The notes: generated by a model not told the origin, from the sequence alone. A DNA stretch of 64,000 nt from Candidatus Kaiserbacteria bacterium (GCA_963699165.1 OY969413.1:660562-724561), one strand, 5' to 3'; shown: positions 10,145 through 19,287, counted from the stretch's first letter. Made by a program: numbers and translations.

Positions 10145-10731
10145 GCGATATGGAACGCCGCGCGGATGTCGCGAGCGACTTCGTCAGGAGATTGTTCGCC
10201 ATTTATATCGACTACTGCTCCTTTCGTGCGGAAAAAATCGACGGCCTCTTTTGTATGCTTTGCGAACTCATCGAGCCGGATGCGTATTTTTTCTTCCGTG
10301 TCGCTATCCGGCCGGTGCTCTGCGCGCGCGCGGCTAAGCTGCCGGCGCATGACTTCTTCTTCACTGACTTCCAGATTGATGACGCGGTATGGGCGATTAA
10401 GCCATTCCGCCACCTCGTCGAAAAGCTCGGCTTCCTCTTTCCAGCGGCCCGTTCCTTCGAAGATAACGCCCGCGCCATGCGGCAGATGCAGAAGCGCGTC
10501 TTCAAAAAGATACTCGGCAAACCATGTGGGCAAAAGTTTGCCCGTGTCATACACCTGCTTCACGCGCTCGCCGAGCGCATCGCGGTGTTCGCGCAATTCC
10601 CGAAATCGCTCGCCGGTCGAAAATAAATGGTACCCGGTAAGCTCGGCGAGCCGGCGGGCTTGCGTCTCTTTGCCCGAGCCGGGACGGCCGATAAAAAGAA
10701 TCGTGCGAACGTCTGGATTATTCTGCGTCAT
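10141..10731 (-). CDS. adk: Adenylate kinase (short, no zinc lid).
   Basis: P-loop GRPGSGKETQ. Synteny secY-adk-map. Confidence 0.9.
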   Translation of the reverse strand: MTQNNPDVRTILFIGRPGSGKETQARRLAELTGYHLFSTGERFRELREHRDALGERVKQVYDTGKLLPTWFAEYLFEDALLHLPHGAGVIFEGTGRWKEEAELFDEVAEWLNRPYRVINLEVSEEEVMRRQLSRARAEHRPDSDTEEKIRIRLDEFAKHTKEAVDFFRTKGAVVDINGEQSPDEVARDIRAAFHIA

Positions 10732-10736
10732 GCGCT

Positions 10737-11336
10737 CTATGATACTCCCTTCGCCTCGCGAATGACAGAGCCGACGAGCGCGGAAAACTTGTCTTTCGCC
10801 GCATCGAGCTCGCCGTTTCTGTTCGAAATGATGACATCCGCATTATTTTTATATGCCGTCTCGTGTTCGTAGCGCACTTTGCGTTTCTCGAGCTCCGTTT
10901 CGGGAATCGGGGCGCGCGCGAGGATACGCGCGCGCAATTCCTCCCACGAACCGGCATCGACAAAAACGGTCCTTAGAGCTTCTTTTGGCAACAGCTTCTC
11001 AATCGCCTGCACGCCCTGCATTTCGATTTCGTGCAGTACCACGTGACCGCTCGAAAGCGCATCGAGCACTTCCCGTTTCGGCGTGCCGTACAGGTTTCCG
11101 CCATATTCCGCCGACTCGAGAAATTGCCCCGAATCGCGCTCGCGCTCGAATTCTTCGCGCGTTACAAAATGATATTCTTTCCCGTTTGTTTCGCCGGGGC
11201 GCATGGAACGCGTGGTCGACGAAACCGGAAAACGCAGTTCCGGGTACAGGGAAAGCGCGTAGCGCATGAGCTCGCCTTTGCCGCTTCCGCTTGGTCCGAA
11301 CACGAGGATGATTTTTCCTGTGATGTGCGGCTCCAT
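10737..11336 (-). CDS. gmk: Guanylate kinase.
   Basis: GPSGSGK ... TTRSMRPGETNGKEYHFV ... matches Gmk. Confidence 0.85.
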   Translation of the reverse strand: MEPHITGKIILVFGPSGSGKGELMRYALSLYPELRFPVSSTTRSMRPGETNGKEYHFVTREEFERERDSGQFLESAEYGGNLYGTPKREVLDALSSGHVVLHEIEMQGVQAIEKLLPKEALRTVFVDAGSWEELRARILARAPIPETELEKRKVRYEHETAYKNNADVIISNRNGELDAAKDKFSALVGSVIREAKGVS

Positions 11337-11344
11337 GGCGGTTA

Positions 11345-12619
11345 TTAATATTCCCGCAACGAAACTTGAGCGTTTATTTTGTTGGCAAGATCGAGCGTCA
11401 CCTGCACGGCAATGAGAAGAGCGGTGCCGCCAAGAACGATGGTCGTAACGCCGGTAAGCCCCTCGATGATTGACGGCGCGACGGCGATGAGGCCGAGAAA
11501 TACCGCGCCGGGGAACGTGATGCGGTTCACCACCTTGCCGATGTATTCTTCAGTCTCACGACCTGGGCGAACGCCTGGAATGAATGCGCCGGACTTCTGA
11601 AGATTTTCAGCGACGCGGTGCGGTTCAAACGTGACGGCGGTGTAGAAGTACGTAAAGAGAACGACAAGCACGAAATACACCGAGCCGTATTTCCACGGAT
11701 TCGAGAGGAATGCGGAATACCAGAGCGACGCGCCTGCGGCAAACGAGATATGAAGCGAGCTAAGCACCGAAAGAGCCATTTGCGGAAGAAGCAAAAGCGA
11801 AAGCGCGAAGATAATTGGAATCACGCCGGCCTGCAGGAGGCGAATCGGAAGGTATGTCGCTGCGCCTTGCGAAGCCGCGGTGCCCCGCACTGCACGCGCG
11901 TAGGCAATCGGAATCGAACGCTCCGCGTCCGACACGACGACGACCGCGTAAATCATGGCGAGCGCGAGGAACAGAAAGGCAAGATACGACGGAATATTTG
12001 CAGCCGAAGCCGCGAAGATGCTCTGAGAGACGCCCGCCGGAATGCGCGCAAGTATGCCCGCGAGGATGATGAGCGAGACACCGTTGCCGATGCCGAATTC
12101 GGTGACGAGTTCGCCGAGCCACATAAGGAACATCGAGCCGGCCGCGACAAGCAGAATATTTGCGATGAGCCCTATCGGGCTCAAGTGCGCAATGACACCC
12201 TGACTTTGCAACAGAAAAAGAAACGCTACCCCTTGCAAAATCGCAATCGGAATGGTGAGCAGGCGGCTCCATTCGATGAACTTCGCGCGGCCGGCCTCGC
12301 CTTCCTCAAAGTACGCCTGCTTCACTTGCGGGAAAATCATAGTGCCGAGCTGCATGATAATTGACGCCGTGATGTACGGACCGACGCCGAGCATCACCAC
12401 CGAAAGCTGGGCGAGGCCGCCGCCGGAAAAGAGGTTCAGGAGTCCGAAAAATTGATTGTTTGCAAAAAAGGAAGCGAGCGCATTCTTGTCGACGCCCGGA
12501 ATTGGAATAGACGCGAGAAAGCGGAAGAGCACAAGCGCGCCCGCAAGGAAGAAAATACGGAAACGAATTTGAGAATCGCCGAACGCGAGTTTGAGTTTGT
12601 GAATAAAAAAATTAAGCAT
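11345..12619 (-). CDS. secY: Preprotein translocase subunit SecY.
   Basis: Ten-TM SecY pattern. Start taken at MLNFFIHK; overlaps the rplO stop by 8 nt. Confidence 0.9.
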   Translation of the reverse strand: MLNFFIHKLKLAFGDSQIRFRIFFLAGALVLFRFLASIPIPGVDKNALASFFANNQFFGLLNLFSGGGLAQLSVVMLGVGPYITASIIMQLGTMIFPQVKQAYFEEGEAGRAKFIEWSRLLTIPIAILQGVAFLFLLQSQGVIAHLSPIGLIANILLVAAGSMFLMWLGELVTEFGIGNGVSLIILAGILARIPAGVSQSIFAASAANIPSYLAFLFLALAMIYAVVVVSDAERSIPIAYARAVRGTAASQGAATYLPIRLLQAGVIPIIFALSLLLLPQMALSVLSSLHISFAAGASLWYSAFLSNPWKYGSVYFVLVVLFTYFYTAVTFEPHRVAENLQKSGAFIPGVRPGRETEEYIGKVVNRITFPGAVFLGLIAVAPSIIEGLTGVTTIVLGGTALLIAVQVTLDLANKINAQVSLREY

Positions 12620-13064
12620 GGCTTGTGCCGCCGGCGGCGGCAAGCGCGGCACGCGCGCCCTTCGAAATGGCACAGTCCTCGACGATGAGCGCCTTCGTGA
12701 GCGGACCGGCCCCGAGAATCTTCACCGCGGGCGCGCGGCCTTTCGAGCGGCGCACGAGGCCTTTCGCGAGAAGCGTTGCGGGAGAAATCGTCTCGCCCGC
12801 TTTGTAATTGAGCTCGATGTCGGCAAGATTGACGGCTGTTACCGCGATGCGGTTCGTGCGAATTGTGCGTGCACGGTTTTGCCCGTGTCCGCGGAGCTTC
12901 GGAAGTTTTTTGATTAGATCGCGGACTTCCGGACGGATTTTGTGTCCCGCGCGCGCGGTCTGCCCTTTGCCGCCGTGGCCGGACGTCTTGCCGCGCTTGC
13001 CGCCGCGCCCGACGGGCGCGTTCTTTTTGTTTTTTGTGCGGGGTGAAAGCGAGTTGAGTTGCAT
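12612..13064 (-). CDS. rplO: 50S ribosomal protein L15.
   Basis: Only the C-terminal 150 aa of the 334-aa track ORF are L15 (GRGGKRGKTSGHGGKGQ...). Start at ATG 13062-13064. Confidence 0.9.
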   Translation of the reverse strand: MQLNSLSPRTKNKKNAPVGRGGKRGKTSGHGGKGQTARAGHKIRPEVRDLIKKLPKLRGHGQNRARTIRTNRIAVTAVNLADIELNYKAGETISPATLLAKGLVRRSKGRAPAVKILGAGPLTKALIVEDCAISKGARAALAAAGGTSHA

Positions 13065-13074
13065 GGTACGGAAA

Positions 13075-13692
13075 TTATTTTGCGCGGAGCTTTTTGAGAG
13101 CGGCGACCGTTGCGCGAGCGATAGTGAGCTTGTTTTTCGAGCGGGTGTGAATCTTGGTGACGACATCGGTGACGCCGGCAAGTTCAAGCACGGTGCGCAC
13201 TGCCGAACCGGCAACAAGGCCGCGGCCTCTCGAAGGAATGATTTCAACCTCCGAAGACGCATACTTTGTCGAGACCTGATGCGGAATCGAGCCGGACGCT
13301 GTGCGAGGTACCGTGAAAAGATGCTTCTTTGCGTCGCGCGTTGCCTTGTCGATGGCAAGCGCAGTGTCGACGCCTTTACCAAGACCGACGCCGACGCGGC
13401 CCTTGCGGTCGCCGATGACGACAACCAAGCTGAAATTGAAGCGGCGGCCGCCTGCCATGACGCGCGCCACGCGGCGGGCATCAATGGTGACCTGGTCGAA
13501 CTCGCCGCGTTCGCGCGGAGCTCGTGCGCGATTGCCGCCGCGAGGCGCGCGTCCGCGGATTGCGCCGCGGCCCGTGCGCGCCGGTGCTGCGGTTTCGACC
13601 GGAACAGCGGCCGCAAGAACCGCCTCTTCAGCGACCGCTTCCGCTGCGCCTTCAGTTACTGCTACTTTCTCCTGTTCCATGTCAGTTGCCAT
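13075..13692 (-). CDS. rpsE: 30S ribosomal protein S5. No rpmD (L30) gene lies between S5 and L15.
   Basis: S5 core. Start at MATDMEQEK. The 10-nt gap to rplO leaves no room for L30. Confidence 0.9.
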   Translation of the reverse strand: MATDMEQEKVAVTEGAAEAVAEEAVLAAAVPVETAAPARTGRGAIRGRAPRGGNRARAPRERGEFDQVTIDARRVARVMAGGRRFNFSLVVVIGDRKGRVGVGLGKGVDTALAIDKATRDAKKHLFTVPRTASGSIPHQVSTKYASSEVEIIPSRGRGLVAGSAVRTVLELAGVTDVVTKIHTRSKNKLTIARATVAALKKLRAK

Positions 13693-13696
13693 ACTA

Positions 13697-14047
13697 TTAA
13701 AAAGTGAGACCGGCCGCACGTGCAGCATCGGCAAGCGACTTCACCTGTCCGCCATAGCGGTAGCCGCCGCGGTCAAACACGATTGCGGTAACGCCGAGCG
13801 CCTTTGCCTTCTTTGCGATTGCTTCGCCGACGGATGTTGCCTGCACCGACTGCGGTCCTTTGAATTCTCGGCCGTGCGATGCGGCAATCGTCTTCCCTGC
13901 CGCGTCGTCGATAAGCTGCGCCGAAACAAAGCGGTTGCTGCGGTACACCGCAAGGCGCGGGCGTTCGGGAGTGCCTTTTATTTGCGAACGCACGCGCAAG
14001 TGGCGGCGCTTTCGAAGTTCGGAATTGGTTGTTGGTTTTTTGTTCAT
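13697..14047 (-). CDS. rplR: 50S ribosomal protein L18.
   Basis: L18 sequence and synteny. Confidence 0.9.
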   Translation of the reverse strand: MNKKPTTNSELRKRRHLRVRSQIKGTPERPRLAVYRSNRFVSAQLIDDAAGKTIAASHGREFKGPQSVQATSVGEAIAKKAKALGVTAIVFDRGGYRYGGQVKSLADAARAAGLTF

Positions 14048-14053
14048 AAATTT

Positions 14054-14584
14054 CTACACGGACTTCTTGCCCTGCTTGCGGCGAATGACTTCCCCATCAT
14101 AGCGAATGCCCTTGCCGAGATACGGTTCCGGCGGCTTCACGCGGCGAATGTTTGCGGCAAACTGCCCAAGCGACTCTTTATCGATGCTTTCGAGCTTGAT
14201 GACGTTCTTTTCGACGGTCGCCGTGATGCCTTCCGGAATCGCAAGCGGCACCGTGTGCGAGAAGCCGACGGTAAGCACGATGTCCTTCCCCTTCACTTCG
14301 ACCTTAAAGCCAACGCCTTCGAGAATAAGCTTTGTAAGATACGGCGTCTCAACGCCCTGCACCATGTTTTTTACGTGCGAAGCAAACGTGCCGGTAAGCG
14401 CTTTTGCGAGACGTGAATTGTCCTTCGGAGTAACGAGGACGCCGGTCGGCTCGACTGCGATGCCGATTGAAGGATGGACGCGCTTCGTAAGCGTGCCCTT
14501 CGCGCCTTTCACGGTGAGCACACCGCTCGCCACGGAGACGTTCGTCTTTCCTACTGAAATCGGTTTTTTAGCAAGGCGTGACAT
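14054..14584 (-). CDS. rplF: 50S ribosomal protein L6.
   Basis: L6 sequence and synteny. Confidence 0.9.
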   Translation of the reverse strand: MSRLAKKPISVGKTNVSVASGVLTVKGAKGTLTKRVHPSIGIAVEPTGVLVTPKDNSRLAKALTGTFASHVKNMVQGVETPYLTKLILEGVGFKVEVKGKDIVLTVGFSHTVPLAIPEGITATVEKNVIKLESIDKESLGQFAANIRRVKPPEPYLGKGIRYDGEVIRRKQGKKSV

Positions 14585-14729
14585 GGCTAGATTTTATTAT
14601 GAGCGGAGCGAATTAGAAAATCAGCCACCCTGTTAAATACATTTGCTCCGCATGCTCCGCAAATGTCCCGCTTGGCGGGATTTAACAGGGTAAGCAAACT
14701 GTAATTCATTTCATTCATAACAGTATTGC
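14585..14729 (-). promoter_or_regulatory. Highly structured 145-nt spacer between rpsH and rplF: nested inverted repeats CCCTGTTAAAT/ATTTAACAGGG, TCCCGC/GCGGGA, CATTTGC/GCAAATG, and GGTAAGCAA/TTGCTTACC.
   Basis: Inverted repeats read directly. Unusually long for an intra-operon junction where neighbouring genes are 1-10 nt apart. Confidence 0.4.
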
Positions 14730-15134
14730 TTACCAAATCTCGAAGAGGTCTTCTCCGCCGACGCGGTTCTTGCGTGCCTCCGCATCGGAAATGATGCCGA
14801 GCGAAGAAGACATGATGCGCGCTCCCGTGCCGCCCTTCACGCGATGCGCCTCCGTGTGCGGAGCGTAAAGGCGGCGGCCCGGCTTGCTGATGCGCTTCAC
14901 GCCGCGGAGCTTTGCCTGACCGCGCTCGTTATAGGCGAGTGTAACAACAAGATCTTTCTTAATCTCGCTTTCGCCGCGCGCCTTCACATCGACGCTTTCA
15001 ATAAAGCCAAGCTCCTTGAGCTTCTTTGCGATTGCCGAAAGATGCACCGAGTACGGCACCGTCACATCGCGCTTGCCGATGAGTGCGGCATTTTGCAAAC
15101 GAATTATGAAATCTCCAACGCGGTCGCTTACCAT
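14730..15134 (-). CDS. rpsH: 30S ribosomal protein S8.
   Basis: S8 sequence and synteny. Confidence 0.9.
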   Translation of the reverse strand: MVSDRVGDFIIRLQNAALIGKRDVTVPYSVHLSAIAKKLKELGFIESVDVKARGESEIKKDLVVTLAYNERGQAKLRGVKRISKPGRRLYAPHTEAHRVKGGTGARIMSSSLGIISDAEARKNRVGGEDLFEIW

Positions 15135-15397
15135 GATGCTTTCTTAACGCCCGGAATCTTTCCCTCGAGCGCGAGCTCGCGGAACTGGATGCGGGACAAC
15201 CCAAAGGTGCGCATATAGCCGCGCGAACGACCGGTAATCGCGCAGCGGTTCTTCAAACGGGACGGAGCGGAGTTTCTCGGGAGCGCCTGCAGGCCTGCAG
15301 AATCACCGGCCAGCTTCAAAGCCGCACGCTTTACCGCGTACTTCTTCACGAGTTTCGCCTTTTTGGCGTATCGCGCGAGCTGGGATTTTTTGGCCAT
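15128..15397 (-). CDS. rpsN: 30S ribosomal protein S14 (long, non-zinc form).
   Basis: ...[42 protein letters not shown]. Confidence 0.85.
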   Translation of the reverse strand: MAKKSQLARYAKKAKLVKKYAVKRAALKLAGDSAGLQALPRNSAPSRLKNRCAITGRSRGYMRTFGLSRIQFRELALEGKIPGVKKASW

Positions 15398-15523
15398 AAG
15401 GTTGCTTACTTTCGACGTTCGTTCGGAAAAAGAGAAGCGAACCTTCTCTTTTTACTCACTCACTGGAAAGTAAAAAATAAAGCTCCGAGGAGCGTTCAGG
15501 TACTGTATCAAATAGCGTCTACG

Positions 15524-16616
15524 GCGTCAAACCTGTGTACGCGTCCAGTACTTTTGGCAGTCCCCGACGGTTAATGTACACACAATATACCGCAAGGGGG
15601 ACACCATGCCGAGCGACTGGTGCGGGCGTTTGGTGTTGTACCAAATCAGCCAGTCGACAAGCTTCAGATTGAAGGAATGAATATCGTCCCGCAGCAGGCC
15701 CCGATTCAGCATGATGAAGTCCTCGGAGACGGTGCGATTGAATCGTTCGACGTGGGCATTCATCTTGGGAGTGCGGGGGCGGGTGTGAAAGTGCGTGAGC
15801 CCGAGTTCGGCACAGGCATCCTCGAAGTGTTTGGCGAACTCGCTCCCGTTGTCGGTCTGCAACTCGTCGATATCGAAGGGGCAAACCTCGATGACTCGGC
15901 GAAGGAAGTCGTCCGCGCTTCTCGACGAGTGGTTCGTATACGCGCCCGCAAAGGCGAACTTCCGCTCCACGTCCACTGCCGTGAGGACGTACCGCTTCAC
16001 GCCGTCGATGAAGCGGACGACGGTATCGAGCTCCATGCCGCGCTTGCCGGTGCGGCGAAGCTTGGTACGGCGTTTCTGCGGTGTTTCCGTGTGATTGCCC
16101 GTACGTGCGTGGAACGAGAGCCGGCTCTGCTGCGGGAGCAGACCGCGGTTCTTCAAATCCAGAATGACCCGCCCAACGTATGACTCCGACACGGAGTACC
16201 CTTCTTCGCGCAGGAGAACGGCAAGCTTTGCTTTCCCAAGCCGGGGATGCGCCTGTCGTTCGCGGATGATGAAATCCTCGACCTCGGGCAGAACAGTCCT
16301 CCTTCGACGCGCCTTCGGCGCAGTGCTCTTCGGGTCAAGTGCATCAATGCGGCCCTCGTGGGCTTTGAGTTCCTCCTTCCAGCGATACAAGGTGCGCTCC
16401 GAGGTGCCAAAGGCGTCGTATGCGGCCTCCGTCCCGTGCATGTCCCAGAATCCCAATATCTTCACCCGTCTGTCGACTTCCTTTGGTTTCCGCATATGCC
16501 GCAATCGTATCGTCCTTTCCCACATGCTCAACCAGCCCTTCGTACCCCTGAAATTGCTTCTGATGTGCATATATCCTCGGTTATGAGGACTGCCAAATGT
16601 ATCTGAACTTATGCAA
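15524..16616 (-). mobile_element. IS481-family insertion sequence, copy A (~1.09 kb), inserted between rplE and rpsN. Imperfect ~30-bp terminal IRs TGTACGCGTCCAGTACTTTTGGCAGTCC / TGCATAAGTTCAGATACATTTGGCAGTCC.
   Basis: Near-identical direct copy of 21898..22989. IRs read directly. The left boundary is ambiguous by ~10 bp because both copies share CGTCAAA, then 4 mismatches, then TGTAC. Confidence 0.75.
15527..16570 (-). CDS. IS481-family DDE transposase (rve integrase core; 347 aa).
   Basis: N-terminal HTH region, then D...D...E core with LQTDNGSEF and ERFNRT...[11 protein letters not shown]. Confidence 0.8.
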   Translation of the reverse strand: MHIRSNFRGTKGWLSMWERTIRLRHMRKPKEVDRRVKILGFWDMHGTEAAYDAFGTSERTLYRWKEELKAHEGRIDALDPKSTAPKARRRRTVLPEVEDFIIRERQAHPRLGKAKLAVLLREEGYSVSESYVGRVILDLKNRGLLPQQSRLSFHARTGNHTETPQKRRTKLRRTGKRGMELDTVVRFIDGVKRYVLTAVDVERKFAFAGAYTNHSSRSADDFLRRVIEVCPFDIDELQTDNGSEFAKHFEDACAELGLTHFHTRPRTPKMNAHVERFNRTVSEDFIMLNRGLLRDDIHSFNLKLVDWLIWYNTKRPHQSLGMVSPLRYIVCTLTVGDCQKYWTRTQV

Positions 16617-16661
16617 CCTGATGGTGAGCAGGAATCGTGCTACCCGATAGAGGCAAAATGC

Positions 16662-17195
16662 TCAAGAATTTAACAAAACATCAACCAGCAATCTCAGGGT
16701 TTTATAACCGTTCTCAACTAACAATCTGTCTCTTCTATCATCAGGATTCTTCGCGCCATGGAATAAGTTATTTCTTATGGAATGCCAGAACTCAATCATA
16801 TTAACCCAATCCGAAAGATCCCTGATTTTCCCTTGTTCTACGCATATATGCTCTCTCGGATTCTCCTTTCCCGCGTGTGAACATTCCCAATACCAGATCG
16901 TATCAATCTCACCATTTTCACCGAGTGTACCCAACGGGCGAGTATCGAGCTCCTCTTTAATTATTTGCCAGGACTGATTCAGTTCTTGCTTTTCCTTAAC
17001 TAACGCCAAATATTCGTCCTTGTAGTAAGTGTCACGCTTTAATTCTCTGATTGCATTTGAATCAAGATTCTGGTCTACATATTTAACTCTCTTTAGAAAT
17101 CCTACAAAGGCGAGGTACTCAAAAACATATTTTGAAAAGTAGTCGTCATCTCCAGCTTTCAAATGCCAATTTCTAACAAGCTGCGTGTAATCCAT
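16662..17195 (-). CDS. Hypothetical 177-aa protein with a C-terminal Rx4HG (WHSIRNNLFHG) HEPN-like motif; candidate RNase toxin or abortive-infection effector. Sits in an AT-rich islet.
   Basis: ORF track. The motif is read directly. Composition is visibly AT-richer than the flanking r-protein genes. Confidence 0.45.
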   Translation of the reverse strand: MDYTQLVRNWHLKAGDDDYFSKYVFEYLAFVGFLKRVKYVDQNLDSNAIRELKRDTYYKDEYLALVKEKQELNQSWQIIKEELDTRPLGTLGENGEIDTIWYWECSHAGKENPREHICVEQGKIRDLSDWVNMIEFWHSIRNNLFHGAKNPDDRRDRLLVENGYKTLRLLVDVLLNS

Positions 17196-17215
17196 ATTTA
17201 GGCCTTAGACCAGCG

Positions 17216-18076
17216 TCATTTATCCCAATGTCTTTCTGGAGGTTGCAAATGGAGATTGGTCAAATCTGAGAGTTTTGTTCCCTGGCCTTCTTTATTTCTC
17301 GATACGATAAGTTGTTTCCCAGCTTGAGCAAGATCTCTCACGTCTTTGTCGTCAGATTTCAGCGCTTCATCTACGGCGTCTTCCGCCCACACGTTGCCAT
17401 ATTCCTCATAGAAATTGAAGACTGGCCGGAGTCTTTGCAATATTTCTTTTATTGCCTCAATCTCCTTAACGGAAAAAATGCTTAGTCCTTTATCGTCCGC
17501 TGGGAACCATTTCTCGGCTAAATCCTTTACAAAATAAGAATTCCAGCTCGCCACAAATCTGGGAAGAACCTCTTTGCCACCGATAAACGCAGCTCCGAGC
17601 CATGTAATTTTCTTTTGCAGAGCGTCAAAGATAAACGCGGAAAGCTGATCCCTGGCTTCTTGATTTGGAAATGATTCGAGGAAAATTTCCAAAACATCGT
17701 TCGCAGGCGGGTTCTTTCCGAAAATGTAAAGTTCGGCGAATTTGTCTACCTCGCCAATCGAATAAAATTCTTGTACAAGAAAAGAATCCTGAGTTCTATT
17801 TAAATTTCTCGCATTGAGGGCCAGTTCGTCAAATTTTTTCAAGCGCTCCGAATCTGAATCACCTATATTGCCCCGCATGTCAGCAACAATAGATTCCTTT
17901 ATTCCCCGTACGATACTTTCTTCAGCCTCATTTTCTACGCGTACTGGAGTGGTAAGTAATCGAGACATATCACCAATATTCACATTGGCCTTATCGATAA
18001 TTTCTTTCTTGACCAAGCCCATCCATTCCGGAAGTGGCAGATGATCTTTAAGAAATGGGTTAGTTTGTTCGCGCAT
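17216..18076 (-). CDS. Hypothetical 286-aa protein, upstream partner of the HEPN-like gene, in the same AT-rich islet. No recognisable motif.
   Basis: ORF track. 20-nt spacing to the downstream gene suggests co-transcription. Confidence 0.45.
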   Translation of the reverse strand: MREQTNPFLKDHLPLPEWMGLVKKEIIDKANVNIGDMSRLLTTPVRVENEAEESIVRGIKESIVADMRGNIGDSDSERLKKFDELALNARNLNRTQDSFLVQEFYSIGEVDKFAELYIFGKNPPANDVLEIFLESFPNQEARDQLSAFIFDALQKKITWLGAAFIGGKEVLPRFVASWNSYFVKDLAEKWFPADDKGLSIFSVKEIEAIKEILQRLRPVFNFYEEYGNVWAEDAVDEALKSDDKDVRDLAQAGKQLIVSRNKEGQGTKLSDLTNLHLQPPERHWDK

Positions 18077-18129
18077 GGCCTTTGCTATGTCAGATGAACT
18101 CAGATCATCTCTTTTGGTTTTATTGGAGA

Positions 18130-18678
18130 CTATTTCTTCCCCGCCTCAACGATGAGCGGCATGCCGAGATGACGGAAGAAAGCCTCGGCCTCGGCCTTCC
18201 CTTTTGCGGTCGTCACAATGGTGATTGCGAGCCCGAAAACATCCTTAAGGTCTTCATCGCTCGTCTCGGGGAAAATGGTATTTTCCTTAATGCCGATCGT
18301 GAAATTACCCATGTCGTCGATGGCTTTCGGAGACAAGCCGCGGAAGTCGCGCGTTCGCGGAAGAGCGATGTGAATGAGTTTGTCGAGAAAATCGTACATG
18401 CGGGCGCCGCGAAGCGTCACTTGAAGTCCGACCGTGTCGCCTTGGCGAACCTTGAAGGACGCGATTGAGAGGCGCGCGGCGCGCGGCGCGGGCTTCTGCC
18501 CCGTAATCGTGGCGAGGCGGTCTTGAATAAGTTCAATCTGCTTCTTGTCGCGCTTCTTGCCGACGCCGGTCGAGACGACGACTTTGCTAATGCGCGGACC
18601 TTGCATCGGACTCGTGTATCCGAAAGTTTCCGCAAGTGCGAGATAGGCTGACTGCTGGCGCTGTTTGGTAATTGACAT
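18130..18678 (-). CDS. rplE: 50S ribosomal protein L5.
   Basis: L5 sequence. Follows rplX. Confidence 0.9.
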   Translation of the reverse strand: MSITKQRQQSAYLALAETFGYTSPMQGPRISKVVVSTGVGKKRDKKQIELIQDRLATITGQKPAPRAARLSIASFKVRQGDTVGLQVTLRGARMYDFLDKLIHIALPRTRDFRGLSPKAIDDMGNFTIGIKENTIFPETSDEDLKDVFGLAITIVTTAKGKAEAEAFFRHLGMPLIVEAGKK

Positions 18679-18680
18679 AT

Positions 18681-18899
18681 TTATTTTTCTAGACGCTTCA
18701 CGTTCGAGGCGTTAATCGGGCGCGAGCGCTCGACGATGCGTCCGACTTCTCCCGTACGGCCTTTCAGGTGGCGCTTATAGAGCGCGACGCCCTCAACGAC
18801 TACGGCATTGTCTTTCGGCAATGCGCGGACAATGAGGCCGGTCTTGCCCTTGTCCTTACCCGCTATCACTTTTACCTTGTCTCCTTTTTTTACGTGCAT
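18681..18899 (-). CDS. rplX: 50S ribosomal protein L24 (72 aa).
   Basis: MHVKKGDKVKVIAGKDKGKTG... KOW motif. The track ORF is extended upstream in error. Confidence 0.85.
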   Translation of the reverse strand: MHVKKGDKVKVIAGKDKGKTGLIVRALPKDNAVVVEGVALYKRHLKGRTGEVGRIVERSRPINASNVKRLEK

Positions 18900-18909
18900 A
18901 CAAAAGAAA

Positions 18910-19287
18910 TTAGACGACATCAGCCGCAAGAGACACGATGGAGTGCCAGCCGCGCTCGGAAAGTTCGCGAGGCACCGGACCGAAAATGCGGTTTCCTTTC
19001 GGGCCCATTTCCTTGCCCTGCTTTTCGATGAGCACGACCGCGTTCTCATCAAAGCGAACATACGAACCGTCTTTGCGGGCAAAGGGTTTCACTTGGCGCA
19101 CGACAATGGCGCGGTATACATCCTTCTTCTTCACGGCCTTGCGCGGCTCTGCCGTCTGGATGGATACAATGACCGTATCGCCGATGCGCGCATAGCGGCG
19201 CTTGCTTCCGCCGATCACTTTGAAAACGCGGGCGATTTTACCGCCTGAATTGTCCGCGACCGTGACGATGGATTGTGGCTGCAACAT
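18910..19287 (-). CDS. rplN: 50S ribosomal protein L14.
   Basis: MLQPQSIVTVADNSGGK... matches L14. Confidence 0.9.
   Translation of the reverse strand: MLQPQSIVTVADNSGGKIARVFKVIGGSKRRYARIGDTVIVSIQTAEPRKAVKKKDVYRAIVVRQVKPFARKDGSYVRFDENAVVLIEKQGKEMGPKGNRIFGPVPRELSERGWHSIVSLAADVV

Noticed and set aside
12612-13616. 334-aa ORF spanning rplO and half of rpsE
   Set aside because: Only the last 150 aa are L15. The upstream 184 aa are an out-of-frame Ala/Arg-rich read over rpsE.
15519-15884. 121-aa ORF ([18 protein letters not shown]...) present in both IS481 copies
   Set aside because: Alternative frame overlapping the transposase 3' end, Arg-rich and low-complexity. In copy B it fuses to rpsS in the ORF track (21494..22258) only because of frame read-through. 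Not a separate gene.
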